64,000 nucleotides of DNA from Eledone cirrhosa (taxonomy: Eukaryota). The notes beneath the pieces are model-generated. The model had not been told where the DNA came from. It searched no databases and worked only from the letters and a program-made list of their open reading frames with translations. The translations under genes and the position numbers were made by a program. The stretch is from assembly GCA_964016885.1 (NCBI GenBank), contig OZ024747.1, positions 36,952,001 through 37,016,000 on the forward strand, given 5' to 3'. Below are positions 39,205 through 52,751 of the stretch, piece by piece. Each line of letters opens with the position of its first letter. Position 1 is the stretch's first letter.

Positions 39205-39575
39205 TTCATTACGGCCCTTTATGGTCAGAGTTCAAATCACGCCAATGTTAACTTTGCCTTTCATCCTTACGGGGTCGATAAAATAAAGTACCAGTAATTC
39301 ACTGGGATAATTTCTGGCCTTGTGCTAAATGTAGAAACAATTATTATCAGCATCTACCATTTATGGTCTGAGCACATATCCTGTCGAGGTCAACTGCTGG
39401 TCCTGTGCCACATGCAGAAACAATTATTATTATCATCAGCATCTATCATTTATGGTCTGAGCACAAATCCCGCCGAAGTCAACACCGCTCCTCATTTCTA
39501 CGGGGTCGACAAGTCAAAGCACCAGTCATTCACTGGGCAATCGTTGGCCCTGTTCCAAAGGTAGAAACAACCATC
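39205..39575 (+). mobile_element. Cluster of tandem partial SINE copies
   Basis: Three partial copies ending ggcc(t/c)tgt...agaaaca. Confidence 0.7.
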
Positions 39576-39706
39576 ACCACCAACAACAAATCATTATCAT
39601 TTTCATTTTTCGGTGGTAGTATTGAATGTCATGTACCTTTTCTCTCTTAAACACGCGCCTTATTTAGTCTTCTGAGAAACCTAGAAGAGAGGGTTTACTA
39701 ATTTGT

Positions 39707-39783
39707 ACATCCACTGAAGAGCAATCGGATTGTTAAATCCCTTCATTGATGCGGAACAGTTTTGCCAAATGCTGTCTGGATGT
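39707..39783 (+). ncRNA. Type I hammerhead motif with one core substitution (GGAA for GAAA), in a pLTR-like remnant
   Basis: acatcca CTGAAGA gca...tgc GGAA cag...ctg TC tggatgt; 7-bp stem I. Confidence 0.65.
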
Positions 39784-40015
39784 TTGATAGTTATCACGAT
39801 TCGGTTTGTACTATTTCTTAATTTATTCTTTTAATTGAATCTGACAAACCGTATTGTTCATAATTAGTATCTTATTCGCCCTAGCGATTTAGGTCCCTTA
39901 TGATTTGAACACAGATATGTATATATCTGTGTTTATCTCTCTTTATTATATTAAATTATATATAAACAAGGAGTGTAAGTCAACAGGTTAAAATTAACCT
40001 CGTTCATTCATATTC

Positions 40016-40074
40016 GCTGCAATATATATTTCGGTGATATCCATTATTCAACAGCTATGACCTTATCAGGCAGC
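40016..40074 (-). ncRNA. Hammerhead motif with G8A change, in a PLE 3' remnant (about 39940-40560)
   Basis: gctgc CTGATAA ggt...acc GAAA tatata TT gcagc. Confidence 0.55.
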
Positions 40075-40821
40075 TAGAACCTGAACAGTAAAAGCAGGGA
40101 AACATAATGGTGGAACATTTTACCTTGTTAATTCGTTTATATGCCCAGACCTGAAGTGTGGTGTTGTTTTCTCAAAGAACTGGTGGCATATGAATTAGAA
40201 TGAACGAATTCCAGTAACCGAAGGATACACCTTCCTCTCATTGGTCAGATACTATCTTAACACTCCATTAACAAGTCTGTTGAAATTCTTAGGTCAGTTG
40301 TCCTTGAAACAGGTCAGTTTGCTATATTTGTTTTTTAACATCCAACTATAATAAGTGTATATAGCGGCGTTCTGGTCTATGTGACCTATTTCACTATAGT
40401 GGCAGTGGTGTAAACAGGTCAACTACTATCACTCTTTCCGGTAGTATTGTAGTTGTTAGTGAAGAATTCATGTATGTAACCTGATATGGGTTCATCTGGG
40501 AGTGTGAATGCTTGTCCATATTAAGAGTACTGATAGTAAGAGATGTTAGAATTATAACTGTAGGTGTTAAAACTTATAAGTGTTAGAAATTATAATCCAT
40601 ATTGTAAAAATGTTGTACATACCCGCAAACATACATCTACGTAGCTCCACACGTACACACAAATATATACATACACACACACACACACATTTACATATAT
40701 ACATGCACATACATCCATACATAAACATATCTGTGTACACATATTTACACTCACACACACACAAGCACATACACACCCATACGTGTAGACGTGCACACAT
40801 ACACAGACACATATGTACACT

Positions 40822-43404
40822 TTGGAGGGGTAGGAAAAGAAATAATCGGTGCCTCTTATTTACTTATCACTGTTAGCACTGACTTTTAAGTGCGAAAGGG
40901 ATTAGGTTTGAGGTAGCTTGTCCTTCGGAGAACCGGATCACAGACCAGGGGTGGGTCATGAAGCCCTGTGGTCGGAAATGTGCGGTGCATGGACATACCC
41001 GAGGTAGGACTCTGACAACGTAGATTATCTCGTTAATTAGCTAATGGCTGTTTACTTGGCTTAGAACTAAGGAAGTGAGAAAGAAGGGTGGACCACTGCG
41101 ATGTGAGACACGGGCCTAACCACTAAGTAAATGCGGCTCTGGTAAATGCTAGTCGAAACAAGAAGAGAGGAGAGGAGAGAGGTAAGTACAGTGGGCGGGG
41201 TTGGTGTCTCTGGGACTCAGTGCGGTGCAGTTGCTATCCGTATAGCTTGAGGAAAGTTCCTGTCCTTAGGTATCTACATGTACCAAAGAAATTTTCCCTT
41301 CGATTGATTAAATTTCTTCCACCACTAAGTATCTCGAATGTCCCACTCAGACAGAGGCTACAAATGCCAGATCCACCTCCCTCTGAACATACCTCCCTAA
41401 CTTTGGACCAGACCAAAGAGTACAGGGTCTTGTCCAGCTTGAGCTTTCAGATCAGTTCGGAAAGGGCCGTACTTTTCCTTTAGACGATCCCATTAAAGGA
41501 GTGCCGGTGATTATAGCATCTGTCCTTGAACTTCGTCGACGTTGTTCCAATATAAAGATGCTCCGAGTTGGGGGTTGTAACCCTGCATCAGTAGACTAAG
41601 TTCTTCATCAGGCATTCATTGCTAAGGGAGCATAACAAGGGGTTTCTGCAGTTGCATGAAGTGGTTACACCCACCATGCTTACTGTGGGGTTTCCATTGG
41701 TTAGATTGCTGCGGTCCATCCCTGTGACTTGTTCAGGATCCCTGGGTCGGTTGGTGTTACTTGGATCTGTTCCGGGTTTACTATTTACCCTGTCATGGCT
41801 CTACTGGGTGTCTATAGGATCAGCTGTAGTCTATCTAAATTTCCTAAGTATATTCCTATTAATACTAGTTAAGTGCTGGTCTACGCTGCGCGTGTTGGAG
41901 TATGAGAGCTTCACCGTTTGCCTATTAAAGATTTTGTGGCACCTGTGGGTTGTCGGGAAGCATTTATCCAGTGCCCTAAAGAATGATCGGGCTAGGCTGG
42001 TCTGTAGACCCACGGAGTATGGTGGATTATGTGGGTGGGTTCAGTATGCATCAGGCCAGTGAGGAGTTGTTGGGGTCCCACGGCCTCCTGCCCTGCTGCT
42101 GCCCCGTTGCGCGTTATAGTTTTTGCTAACTGTTCTGTTCTGCCGGTGGGGTGATGCCATCCGCACCGGCGTTTCGATGTCAGAGTGTTCCGCCGTCTAT
42201 CCTAGGCGGTGTTATGGAGTTGGGGATACTGGGGCCGGAGTGGTTTTCATCACTGCTAGACCCACCTCGCATATTGCGTTTATTCTCCTTCCTAGTGGTA
42301 TGTGTCTTTCTCGCAAACGTGATGGTGTTAGGTTCCGGGGGTTTAGGTGCAGTAGCTTCAACCATACCGGTATTACCTAGGTTTCCCCCTTCCCGAGACT
42401 ATAGGGCGGAACTCTCCATAGGTTATCTCTATCATGGCCTCTAGGGTTATATAAGAGAACTTGAATATGGGCCGCCTTAGCTAGAGCTGTATTATAATAA
42501 TCAGCATTACTATCAAAGATCTTATTGGCGGACAAGCTAGAGATCCTGTCCGAGACACTCTTGACCTTAATAATTGGTCTAGGGTGGTTGGATTTAGCGT
42601 TAATATACATTAGATTCTCGTTCGGCTTATGGTAGGAATAGTATAGCTCAGTGTTTAGGTTTAGGGTGGTGTCTAAGACGTTACCTACTTTTCTATTGGG
42701 TTCTATTTCTATACGGAGCCCTTGATTCTTAAAAAAGTGTCTAATTCTCCTCTTCGTTCCCTCCACTATACTGGTGCTGGGGTCAGAGACGGTGAAAAGG
42801 GCATCATCGCGATATAAGCCGCCACCGAAGTTGGGGATTTCCTCCTTAATTTGCCTCAGTATGAAAAGCCTAACCAGATCCGGTATCTGTGCAGAGTCGC
42901 TGGAGCCCATTGGGATGTCAAATTTATTTGGCCGTCACTCCTGGTCCAGGGATCTGCACCGAAACGAATCAAGGTCTTCCGAGCGGTGTGGATGACACTT
43001 ATTTCTTCGCGGATCAAATCTGTTTTACACATCGCCAATATAAGGGTCTTATTTAGAACTATGGGCGAAATTGAAGAGTATTAACTAGCAATATCCGGTT
43101 GTATCAAGATAGTTCTATTCTTCTAAGGTAATAGTGTAAACCCCTCTATCACCTTACTAGTACAGGGCCATAGTTGTAAATTTGATTTTTTATAAGCGTT
43201 GGCAGAATCCTATCTAGTATGCTTTTGCTGATTACCCCCAGATCAGATTTAGAAGGGGCTACTAGTTTAACCAGGTCAGACTCAAAGTTCGGCTTGTTAT
43301 CTTTAATGATAATACTCTGCTCTCTGGGTTGGTACGGAGCCGTCCTATCCTCTATACCGAGTCCAGATACTATTTCATATGCTTGGTGTTGACTTCCTCA
43401 AGGG

Positions 43405-43408
<4 letters not shown>
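40822..43408 (-). mobile_element. Penelope-like element, Naiad-type, decayed
   Basis: MGSSDSAQ...GLYRDDAL, SNHP; CNC..C..CL, VY..YIG, CSLC in the GIY-YIG region; abuts (TA)n at 43409. Confidence 0.85.
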
Positions 43409-43442
<34 letters not shown>

Positions 43443-43446
<4 letters not shown>

Positions 43447-45610
43447 AAGAGTGAAGAATAACATAGTCGGCTGTACAAAAAGGGTTTTATTTACAGTATT
43501 AAAAATTGTTTCATTGATCAGGTGAGTCTAAAGGCCGCTAATCACTCGAAGTTGTGTCACTCAACCTTAAATACAGTGTGTGTCTCTGATCAAATCATCG
43601 TAATACTGGAGGGTGTAGCACATGGCATTGGTATTTATAGATACATCGGAAAATCAAAACAATAACATTAATAATAAAAGATAATTGTTTCTACTTTGGG
43701 CACAAGGCCAGCAATTATCCCAGTGTATTACTGGTACTTTATTTTATCGACCCCGTAAGGATGAAAGGCAAAGTTGACCTCTTAATAATAAAAGATAATA
43801 AAAGATAATAATAAAGAAGTTAGAATCAAAATGATAAAGATGTAAAAAATAAGTAAAAAGTAAGTACAGAATACGATTGCTAATAATAGTAGTGGTGGTG
43901 GCGGTGGTAGTTGAAGTTACAATGGTCAGTAAGTGGATGTGTAAAGTAGTAATGACGGTAGAGATAACAATAACATGAAAAGAAACACTAGCTATATGAT
44001 ATGTAGTATAAATGCAAGAGGTATGGTCAAATCCCAGAGGATTAGAATAAAAAATTTAAAAAATTAAAAATAACAGATAAAAGATAAAAAAAAAAAAAAA
44101 AATAAGTGAGAGAGGAATAGATAAGGGGCAGAATACAGAGAGTGGGGATAAGGATTCGATGATGAGACATAAAGGGTAGGGCTAAGGACGGGAAAGGAGT
44201 AGATAGATAGATAGATAGAGAATAAAAAGTGAAAGGGGCAGTGATGATATATAGGTGGTTAATGTCCGGCAGACTGATTGTTTTATCTTAATGGAGGTGA
44301 TGTGGTTATAGAGAGAGATAGTGAAAGAAATGTTTGAGATTTAGGATGTTGATTTAATAACCAGTTGGTGAGTTGACAGCTAATAACAGGGATGTGGTGT
44401 GGACCTAGTACATTAAAACCCGGGTGGTTCTGCTTGAATTCTGAGATTGCTGCATCGAATCATGCCGGTTTGAAGTTACAGAACGTGGTAGATGTTTTGT
44501 GCCTACAGAAAATTGATCATTCTATTTTGTTGTTAAGCAGCCTTTTATCATACTTTAAAATATGGAGCAGCTCCATATTCCAAAGTCCGCAGTGGGACAT
44601 TCCATTATTGTAGGCCCTTACTCTCGATAATTTCGACCAGCTAATCCCATATTCCTAGTTGGTGTCCTCAAGCTGCCAGATTTTATTGGCCAGCGTCGTT
44701 GAGTTCTCTACTCTACGATTGTTTATAGAATGTCTATGTACATAGCATCTTCTTTTTTAATTCGCCAGCCGTAGAACCTATGTAGTGCCATGCTAAGTTG
44801 CCAGAATTTATAGTACACAGGTACACCATACTTGAATCCAGGCATCTATTTTGTAGTGGGAATTTATCCGGTAGGAAGCAGTTACAGTTGGAGGCCTTAC
44901 TGTGTGCAGGTTCTCCGTTGCGGTTTTGTATGTTGTTAGGGATGGGCTGAGATTTAGGTTTATTGATGTTTTGTTGCGATGTGCCCTGACGTGTGTGTGG
45001 TTGTGATGTTATGTGTTTGCGTTTTGTATTTGGTACTATGGTGTATGTTGGTAGGTTATTTTCCTTAGAGATTCTTTTGTAGTTGATTTTATGTATGTGT
45101 GATTCTATGTTGGCTGCAGTAGAGTAAGAGTGCTTGAAAGTGTTTCTGTTAAAGATTCTATGGTAGTGTGTAGTTTAGGGAAGTGTTTGTCAATTAGCTT
45201 AAATAATCTAGAAGGTAGTTTGGTTTTTATAGAGGAGTTGAAGATTGGATTGAACGATAAATATTTCCTATCTCTGGATTTTCTGTAGTTCCTAGTGGTC
45301 CCTTTATTGGTGTTCGGTTCGGTTATTTCTGGTGCTCGTTTCCTATTTCTATGTTTAGTTCTATATTTATTATTCCTATGGGTGCGGGTAGTGTAGTTGT
45401 CGTTAGGTTTGTAGTTGCTGTCTCTATCTGGTATGTATTTGAGCACCTCCTTGTGGCCTGCCTTATGTAAAGCTATGTTATAGTAGTTTGCGTGCTCGTT
45501 AAAAACCTCTAGGTTAGAAGATAGGCGGGATATTATGAGGGATATATTATGTGCTATGGAGTTAATTATGGAGCGAGGGTGGTTTGAGTTGTAACTAATA
45601 TATATAATCT
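43443..45610 (-). mobile_element. Penelope-like element, Naiad-type, 5'-truncated and decayed, with a SINE fragment at about 43680-43782
   Basis: SNHPRSII, LIDKHFP, CNC, HYIGST, LLNNKIE; degenerate hammerhead at 43494-43608 (cagtatta CGATGA tttgatcag...ctgatcaat GAAA). Confidence 0.82.
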
Positions 45611-45765
45611 CGAAAATTAAGGACATTTAAATAAAACTAAGGTAAAAGACTAATTGTCAACAATATCTTTTGCATTTGCATTCTTTATTCTATGTCCATA
45701 CCTGCATTGTTTTGGCTTTATTATACATATACAAATGTTTATATATATATATATATATATATATA

Positions 45766-45924
45766 CCCTAAGTATTGAGTACTCAATACTTAGGGAAGTA
45801 GAGTGGGAAATAGGAAAAAGTATGACCTCAACGGCAGAGCTCAAGCCGTTTCGACGGCTATTTCTCTACTCCAGAAATAGCCGTCGAAACGGCTTGAGCT
45901 CTGCCGTAGGGGGCCATAAATTTT

Positions 45925-45928
<4 letters not shown>
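45766..45928. mobile_element. (TA)n-flanked double-hairpin element
   Basis: Perfect 30-nt palindrome 45766-45795; 35-bp perfect stem 45831-45907; related copy at 63905-64000. Confidence 0.8.
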
Positions 45929-45988
<60 letters not shown>

Positions 45989-45996
45989 TATGTATG

Positions 45997-46038
<42 letters not shown>

Positions 46039-46043
<5 letters not shown>

Positions 46044-49000
46044 ATAAATGCTCTGAAATAGCGATATATATGTGAATATAGACATAGAATATTCGAAAAT
46101 ATTCTGTATGTTTATAATAAACATTTTGAAGACCTAATCGCTATAGAATAGAATACGTCACGTATTACAATTAGATTCTCGATAAAAGCAAGGGAAGTAA
46201 GTCTACGCGTTTCATTCTTGTTAGAATTCATCAGGACTACATATCCAGTGCTTTTATCGAGAATGACACAGCTAGAGACTTATAGAATACTTAGCTGTGT
46301 ACAGGAACTGGTTTGAAAGAGCGGTTGCCGGTCCGGCAGAAATTAGAAATTGGAATAAATGCTCTGAAATAGCGATATATATGTGAATATAGACATAGAA
46401 TATTCGAAAATATTCTGTATGTTTATAATAAACATTTTGAAGACCTAATCGCTATAGAATAGAATACGTCACGTATTACAATTAGATTCTCGATAAAAGC
46501 AAGGGAAGTAAGTCTACGCGTTTCATTCTTGTTAGAATTCATCAGGACTACATATCCAGTGCTTTTATCGAGAATGACACAGCTAGAGACTTATAGAATA
46601 CTTAGCTGTGTACAGGAACTGGTTTGAAAGAGCGGTTGCCGGTCCGGCAGAAATTAGAAATTGGAATAAATGCTCTGAAATAGCGATATATATGTGAATA
46701 TAGACATAGAATATTCGAAAATATTCTGTATGTTTATAATAAACATTTTGAAGACCTAATCGCTATAGAATAGAATACGTCACGTATTACAATTAGATTC
46801 TCGATAAAAGCAAGGGAAGTAAGTCTACGCGTTTCATTCTTGTTAGAATTCATCAGGACTACATATCCAGTGCTTTTATCGAGAATGACACAGCTAGAGA
46901 CTTATAGAATACTTAGCTGTGTACAGGAACTGGTTTGAAAGAGCGGTTGCCGGTCCGGCAGAAATTAGAAATTGGAATAAATGCTCTGAAATAGCGATAT
47001 ATATGTGAATATAGACATAGAATATTCGAAAATATTCTGTATGTTTATAATAAACATTTTGAAGACCTAATCGCTATAGAATAGAATACGTCACGTATTA
47101 CAATTAGATTCTCGATAAAAGCAAGGGAAGTAAGTCTACGCGTTTCATTCTTGTTAGAATTCATCAGGACTACATATCCAGTGCTTTTATCGAGAATGAC
47201 ACAGCTAGAGACTTATAGAATACTTAGCTGTGTACAGGAACTGGTTTGAAAGAGCGGTTGCCGGTCCGGCAGAAATTAGAAATTGGAATAAATGCTCTGA
47301 AATAGCGATATATATGTGAATATAGACATAGAATATTCGAAAATATTCTGTATGTTTATAATAAACATTTTGAAGACCTAATCGCTATAGAATAGAATAC
47401 GTCACGTATTACAATTAGATTCTCGATAAAAGCAAGGGAAGTAAGTCTACGCGTTTCATTCTTGTTAGAATTCATCAGGACTACATATCCAGTGCTTTTA
47501 TCGAGAATGACACAGCTAGAGACTTATAGAATACTTAGCTGTGTACAGGAACTGGTTTGAAAGAGCGGTTGCCGGTCCGGCAGAAATTAGAAATTGGAAT
47601 AAATGCTCTGAAATAGCGATATATATGTGAATATAGACATAGAATATTCGAAAATATTCTGTATGTTTATAATAAACATTTTGAAGACCTAATCGCTATA
47701 GAATAGAATACGTCACGTATTACAATTAGATTCTCGATAAAAGCAAGGGAAGTAAGTCTACGCGTTTCATTCTTGTTAGAATTCATCAGGACTACATATC
47801 CAGTGCTTTTATCGAGAATGACACAGCTAGAGACTTATAGAATACTTAGCTGTGTACAGGAACTGGTTTGAAAGAGCGGTTGCCGGTCCGGCAGAAATTA
47901 GAAATTGGAATAAATGCTCTGAAATAGCGATATATATGTGAATATAGACATAGAATATTCGAAAATATTCTGTATGTTTATAATAAACATTTTGAAGACC
48001 TAATCGCTATAGAATAGAATACGTCACGTATTACAATTAGATTCTCGATAAAAGCAAGGGAAGTAAGTCTACGCGTTTCATTCTTGTTAGAATTCATCAG
48101 GACTACATATCCAGTGCTTTTATCGAGAATGACACAGCTAGAGACTTATAGAATACTTAGCTGTGTACAGGAACTGGTTTGAAAGAGCGGTTGCCGGTCC
48201 GGCAGAAATTAGAAATTGGAATAAATGCTCTGAAATAGCGATATATATGTGAATATAGACATAGAATATTCGAAAATATTCTGTATGTTTATAATAAACA
48301 TTTTGAAGACCTAATCGCTATAGAATAGAATACGTCACGTATTACAATTAGATTCTCGATAAAAGCAAGGGAAGTAAGTCTACGCGTTTCATTCTTGTTA
48401 GAATTCATCAGGACTACATATCCAGTGCTTTTATCGAGAATGACACAGCTAGAGACTTATAGAATACTTAGCTGTGTACAGGAACTGGTTTGAAAGAGCG
48501 GTTGCCGGTCCGGCAGAAATTAGAAATTGGAATAAATGCTCTGAAATAGCGATATATATGTGAATATAGACATAGAATATTCGAAAATATTCTGTATGTT
48601 TATAATAAACATTTTGAAGACCTAATCGCTATAGAATAGAATACGTCACGTATTACAATTAGATTCTCGATAAAAGCAAGGGAAGTAAGTCTACGCGTTT
48701 CATTCTTGTTAGAATTCATCAGGACTACATATCCAGTGCTTTTATCGAGAATGACACAGCTAGAGACTTATAGAATACTTAGCTGTGTACAGGAACTGGT
48801 TTGAAAGAGCGGTTGCCGGTCCGGCAGAAATTAGAAATTGGAATAAATGCTCTGAAATAGCGATATATATGTGAATATAGACATAGAATATTCGAAAATA
48901 TTCTGTATGTTTATAATAAACATTTTGAAGACCTAATCGCTATAGAATAGAATACGTCACGTATTACAATTAGATTCTCGATAAAAGCAAGGGAAGTAAG

Positions 49001-51655
49001 TCTACGCGTTTCATTCTTGTTAGAATTCATCAGGACTACATATCCAGTGCTTTTATCGAGAATGACACAGCTAGAGACTTATAGAATACTTAGCTGTGTA
49101 CAGGAACTGGTTTGAAAGAGCGGTTGCCGGTCCGGCAGAAATTAGAAATTGGAATAAATGCTCTGAAATAGCGATATATATGTGAATATAGACATAGAAT
49201 ATTCGAAAATATTCTGTATGTTTATAATAAACATTTTGAAGACCTAATCGCTATAGAATAGAATACGTCACGTATTACAATTAGATTCTCGATAAAAGCA
49301 AGGGAAGTAAGTCTACGCGTTTCATTCTTGTTAGAATTCATCAGGACTACATATCCAGTGCTTTTATCGAGAATGACACAGCTAGAGACTTATAGAATAC
49401 TTAGCTGTGTACAGGAACTGGTTTGAAAGAGCGGTTGCCGGTCCGGCAGAAATTAGAAATTGGAATAAATGCTCTGAAATAGCGATATATATGTGAATAT
49501 AGACATAGAATATTCGAAAATATTCTGTATGTTTATAATAAACATTTTGAAGACCTAATCGCTATAGAATAGAATACGTCACGTATTACAATTAGATTCT
49601 CGATAAAAGCAAGGGAAGTAAGTCTACGCGTTTCATTCTTGTTAGAATTCATCAGGACTACATATCCAGTGCTTTTATCGAGAATGACACAGCTAGAGAC
49701 TTATAGAATACTTAGCTGTGTACAGGAACTGGTTTGAAAGAGCGGTTGCCGGTCCGGCAGAAATTAGAAATTGGAATAAATGCTCTGAAATAGCGATATA
49801 TATGTGAATATAGACATAGAATATTCGAAAATATTCTGTATGTTTATAATAAACATTTTGAAGACCTAATCGCTATAGAATAGAATACGTCACGTATTAC
49901 AATTAGATTCTCGATAAAAGCAAGGGAAGTAAGTCTACGCGTTTCATTCTTGTTAGAATTCATCAGGACTACATATCCAGTGCTTTTATCGAGAATGACA
50001 CAGCTAGAGACTTATAGAATACTTAGCTGTGTACAGGAACTGGTTTGAAAGAGCGGTTGCCGGTCCGGCAGAAATTAGAAATTGGAATAAATGCTCTGAA
50101 ATAGCGATATATATGTGAATATAGACATAGAATATTCGAAAATATTCTGTATGTTTATAATAAACATTTTGAAGACCTAATCGCTATAGAATAGAATACG
50201 TCACGTATTACAATTAGATTCTCGATAAAAGCAAGGGAAGTAAGTCTACGCGTTTCATTCTTGTTAGAATTCATCAGGACTACATATCCAGTGCTTTTAT
50301 CGAGAATGACACAGCTAGAGACTTATAGAATACTTAGCTGTGTACAGGAACTGGTTTGAAAGAGCGGTTGCCGGTCCGGCAGAAATTAGAAATTGGAATA
50401 AATGCTCTGAAATAGCGATATATATGTGAATATAGACATAGAATATTCGAAAATATTCTGTATGTTTATAATAAACATTTTGAAGACCTAATCGCTATAG
50501 AATAGAATACGTCACGTATTACAATTAGATTCTCGATAAAAGCAAGGGAAGTAAGTCTACGCGTTTCATTCTTGTTAGAATTCATCAGGACTACATATCC
50601 AGTGCTTTTATCGAGAATGACACAGCTAGAGACTTATAGAATACTTAGCTGTGTACAGGAACTGGTTTGAAAGAGCGGTTGCCGGTCCGGCAGAAATTAG
50701 AAATTGGAATAAATGCTCTGAAATAGCGATATATATGTGAATATAGACATAGAATATTCGAAAATATTCTGTATGTTTATAATAAACATTTTGAAGACCT
50801 AATCGCTATAGAATAGAATACGTCACGTATTACAATTAGATTCTCGATAAAAGCAAGGGAAGTAAGTCTACGCGTTTCATTCTTGTTAGAATTCATCAGG
50901 ACTACATATCCAGTGCTTTTATCGAGAATGACACAGCTAGAGACTTATAGAATACTTAGCTGTGTACAGGAACTGGTTTGAAAGAGCGGTTGCCGGTCCG
51001 GCAGAAATTAGAAATTGGAATAAATGCTCTGAAATAGCGATATATATGTGAATATAGACATAGAATATTCGAAAATATTCTGTATGTTTATAATAAACAT
51101 TTTGAAGACCTAATCGCTATAGAATAGAATACGTCACGTATTACAATTAGATTCTCGATAAAAGCAAGGGAAGTAAGTCTACGCGTTTCATTCTTGTTAG
51201 AATTCATCAGGACTACATATCCAGTGCTTTTATCGAGAATGACACAGCTAGAGACTTATAGAATACTTAGCTGTGTACAGGAACTGGTTTGAAAGAGCGG
51301 TTGCCGGTCCGGCAGAAATTAGAAATTGGAATAAATGCTCTGAAATAGCGATATATATGTGAATATAGACATAGAATATTCGAAAATATTCTGTATGTTT
51401 ATAATAAACATTTTGAAGACCTAATCGCTATAGAATAGAATACGTCACGTATTACAATTAGATTCTCGATAAAAGCAAGGGAAGTAAGTCTACGCGTTTC
51501 ATTCTTGTTAGAATTCATCAGGACTACATATCCAGTGCTTTTATCGAGAATGACACAGCTAGAGACTTATAGAATACTTAGCTGTGTACAGGAACTGGTT
51601 TGAAAGAGCGGTTGCCGGTCCGGCAGAAATTAGAAATTGGAATAAATGCTCTGAA
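46039..51655 (-). repeat. Tandem array of 18 apparently identical 311-bp units, each with a minimal hammerhead ribozyme (retrozyme-like)
   Basis: ggaataaatgctc at 46041, 46352, 46663 ... 51639 (5598/311 = 18); no differences between units seen by eye. Confidence 0.95.
46175..46264 (-). ncRNA. Minimal type I hammerhead ribozyme (first of 18 copies, period 311)
   Basis: agtc CTGATGA attc-taacaa-gaat GAAA cgcg TA gact; stem I extended by a 16-bp helix attctcgataaaagca/tgcttttatcgagaat beyond an internal loop. Confidence 0.9.
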
Positions 51656-51944
51656 AGAGCATTTATTCCAATTTCTAATTTCTGCCGGACCGGCAACCGC
51701 TCTTTCAAACCAGTTCCTGTACACAGCTAAGTATTCTATAAGTCTCTAGCTGTGTCATTCTCGATAAAAGCACTGGATATGTAGTCCTGATGAATTCTAA
51801 CAAGAATGAAACGCGTAGACTTACTTCCCTTGCTTTTATCGAGAATCTAATTGTAATACGTGACGTATTCTATTCTATAGCGATTAGGTCTTCAAAATGT
51901 TTATTATAAACATACAGAATATTTTCGAATATTCTATGTCTATA

Positions 51945-51948
<4 letters not shown>
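51656..51948 (+). repeat. Single inverted copy of the 311-bp unit forming a terminal fold-back
   Basis: Apex gctct-GAA-agagc, then reverse complement of the unit, running into (TA)n. Confidence 0.95.
51757..51846 (+). ncRNA. Minimal type I hammerhead ribozyme in the inverted copy
   Basis: CTGATGA 51787-51793, GAAA 51808-51811, CGCG, GUA cleavage triplet 51815-51817. Confidence 0.9.
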
Positions 51949-51984
<36 letters not shown>

Positions 51985-52543
51985 CATATCGTTATACTTT
52001 GGGAGGGTCATGCTGCCAATAAAAACATACGCACCCGCGATTTTCACTTCAATTTATTATAAACTTTCGGTTGGTTGGCTGGTTCGATAAACGGAAGGTT
52101 GTTTATATATTGTCAAAGCTCTTTCTTCACACATTCTGTGACCACCTCAGTGACTAGGCTTTATTTTGTGTTTCTCCTTTGTTTTTGTGTTTTGTGTACC
52201 GTGTGCTTAGTTTGCGCATGTGTTACATCCGTGTGTGTGTGTGTGTTTTTTTATTTATTTAAGTGTTTATTTACTTATCACTAGCTGGTTGTTTTTTTTA
52301 TCTGTTTGTGTCTGATTTGTTTTGTTAGTTTGGTTTTGTGTGAGTCTGTATGTCTTCATTTTGTCCTTAATTACTAGTTGTGATGTCACTATTCCACTCA
52401 TGCTTTCTGTTTAATTTTGGTTGGAGTTCGTTTATGTTTGTCGCTTCTGTGATTTGTCTGAGCATTTCCCTCCCAAAGTATAACAATATATGTATCAACA
52501 CACGTTTTCAGATAATAAATCTTGCAAAACAAATTCAAAAGGG

Positions 52544-52582
<39 letters not shown>

Positions 52583-52626
52583 TGTGTTTGTGTGTGTCTC
52601 TCTGTCTGTGTGTTTGTATCTGTGTG

Positions 52627-52751
<125 letters not shown>

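Noticed and set aside
41430-41600. In-frame TGA codons in the Naiad GIY-YIG region as selenocysteine, since some Naiads are selenoproteins
   Set aside because: The TGAs fall at VY*C and LI*KL, probable Arg and Trp positions rather than conserved Cys, and the element has many other lesions
46039-51655. CRISPR array or ordinary centromeric satellite
   Set aside because: There are no unique spacers and the context is eukaryotic; the hammerhead, terminal inversion and TA flanks argue against a plain satellite
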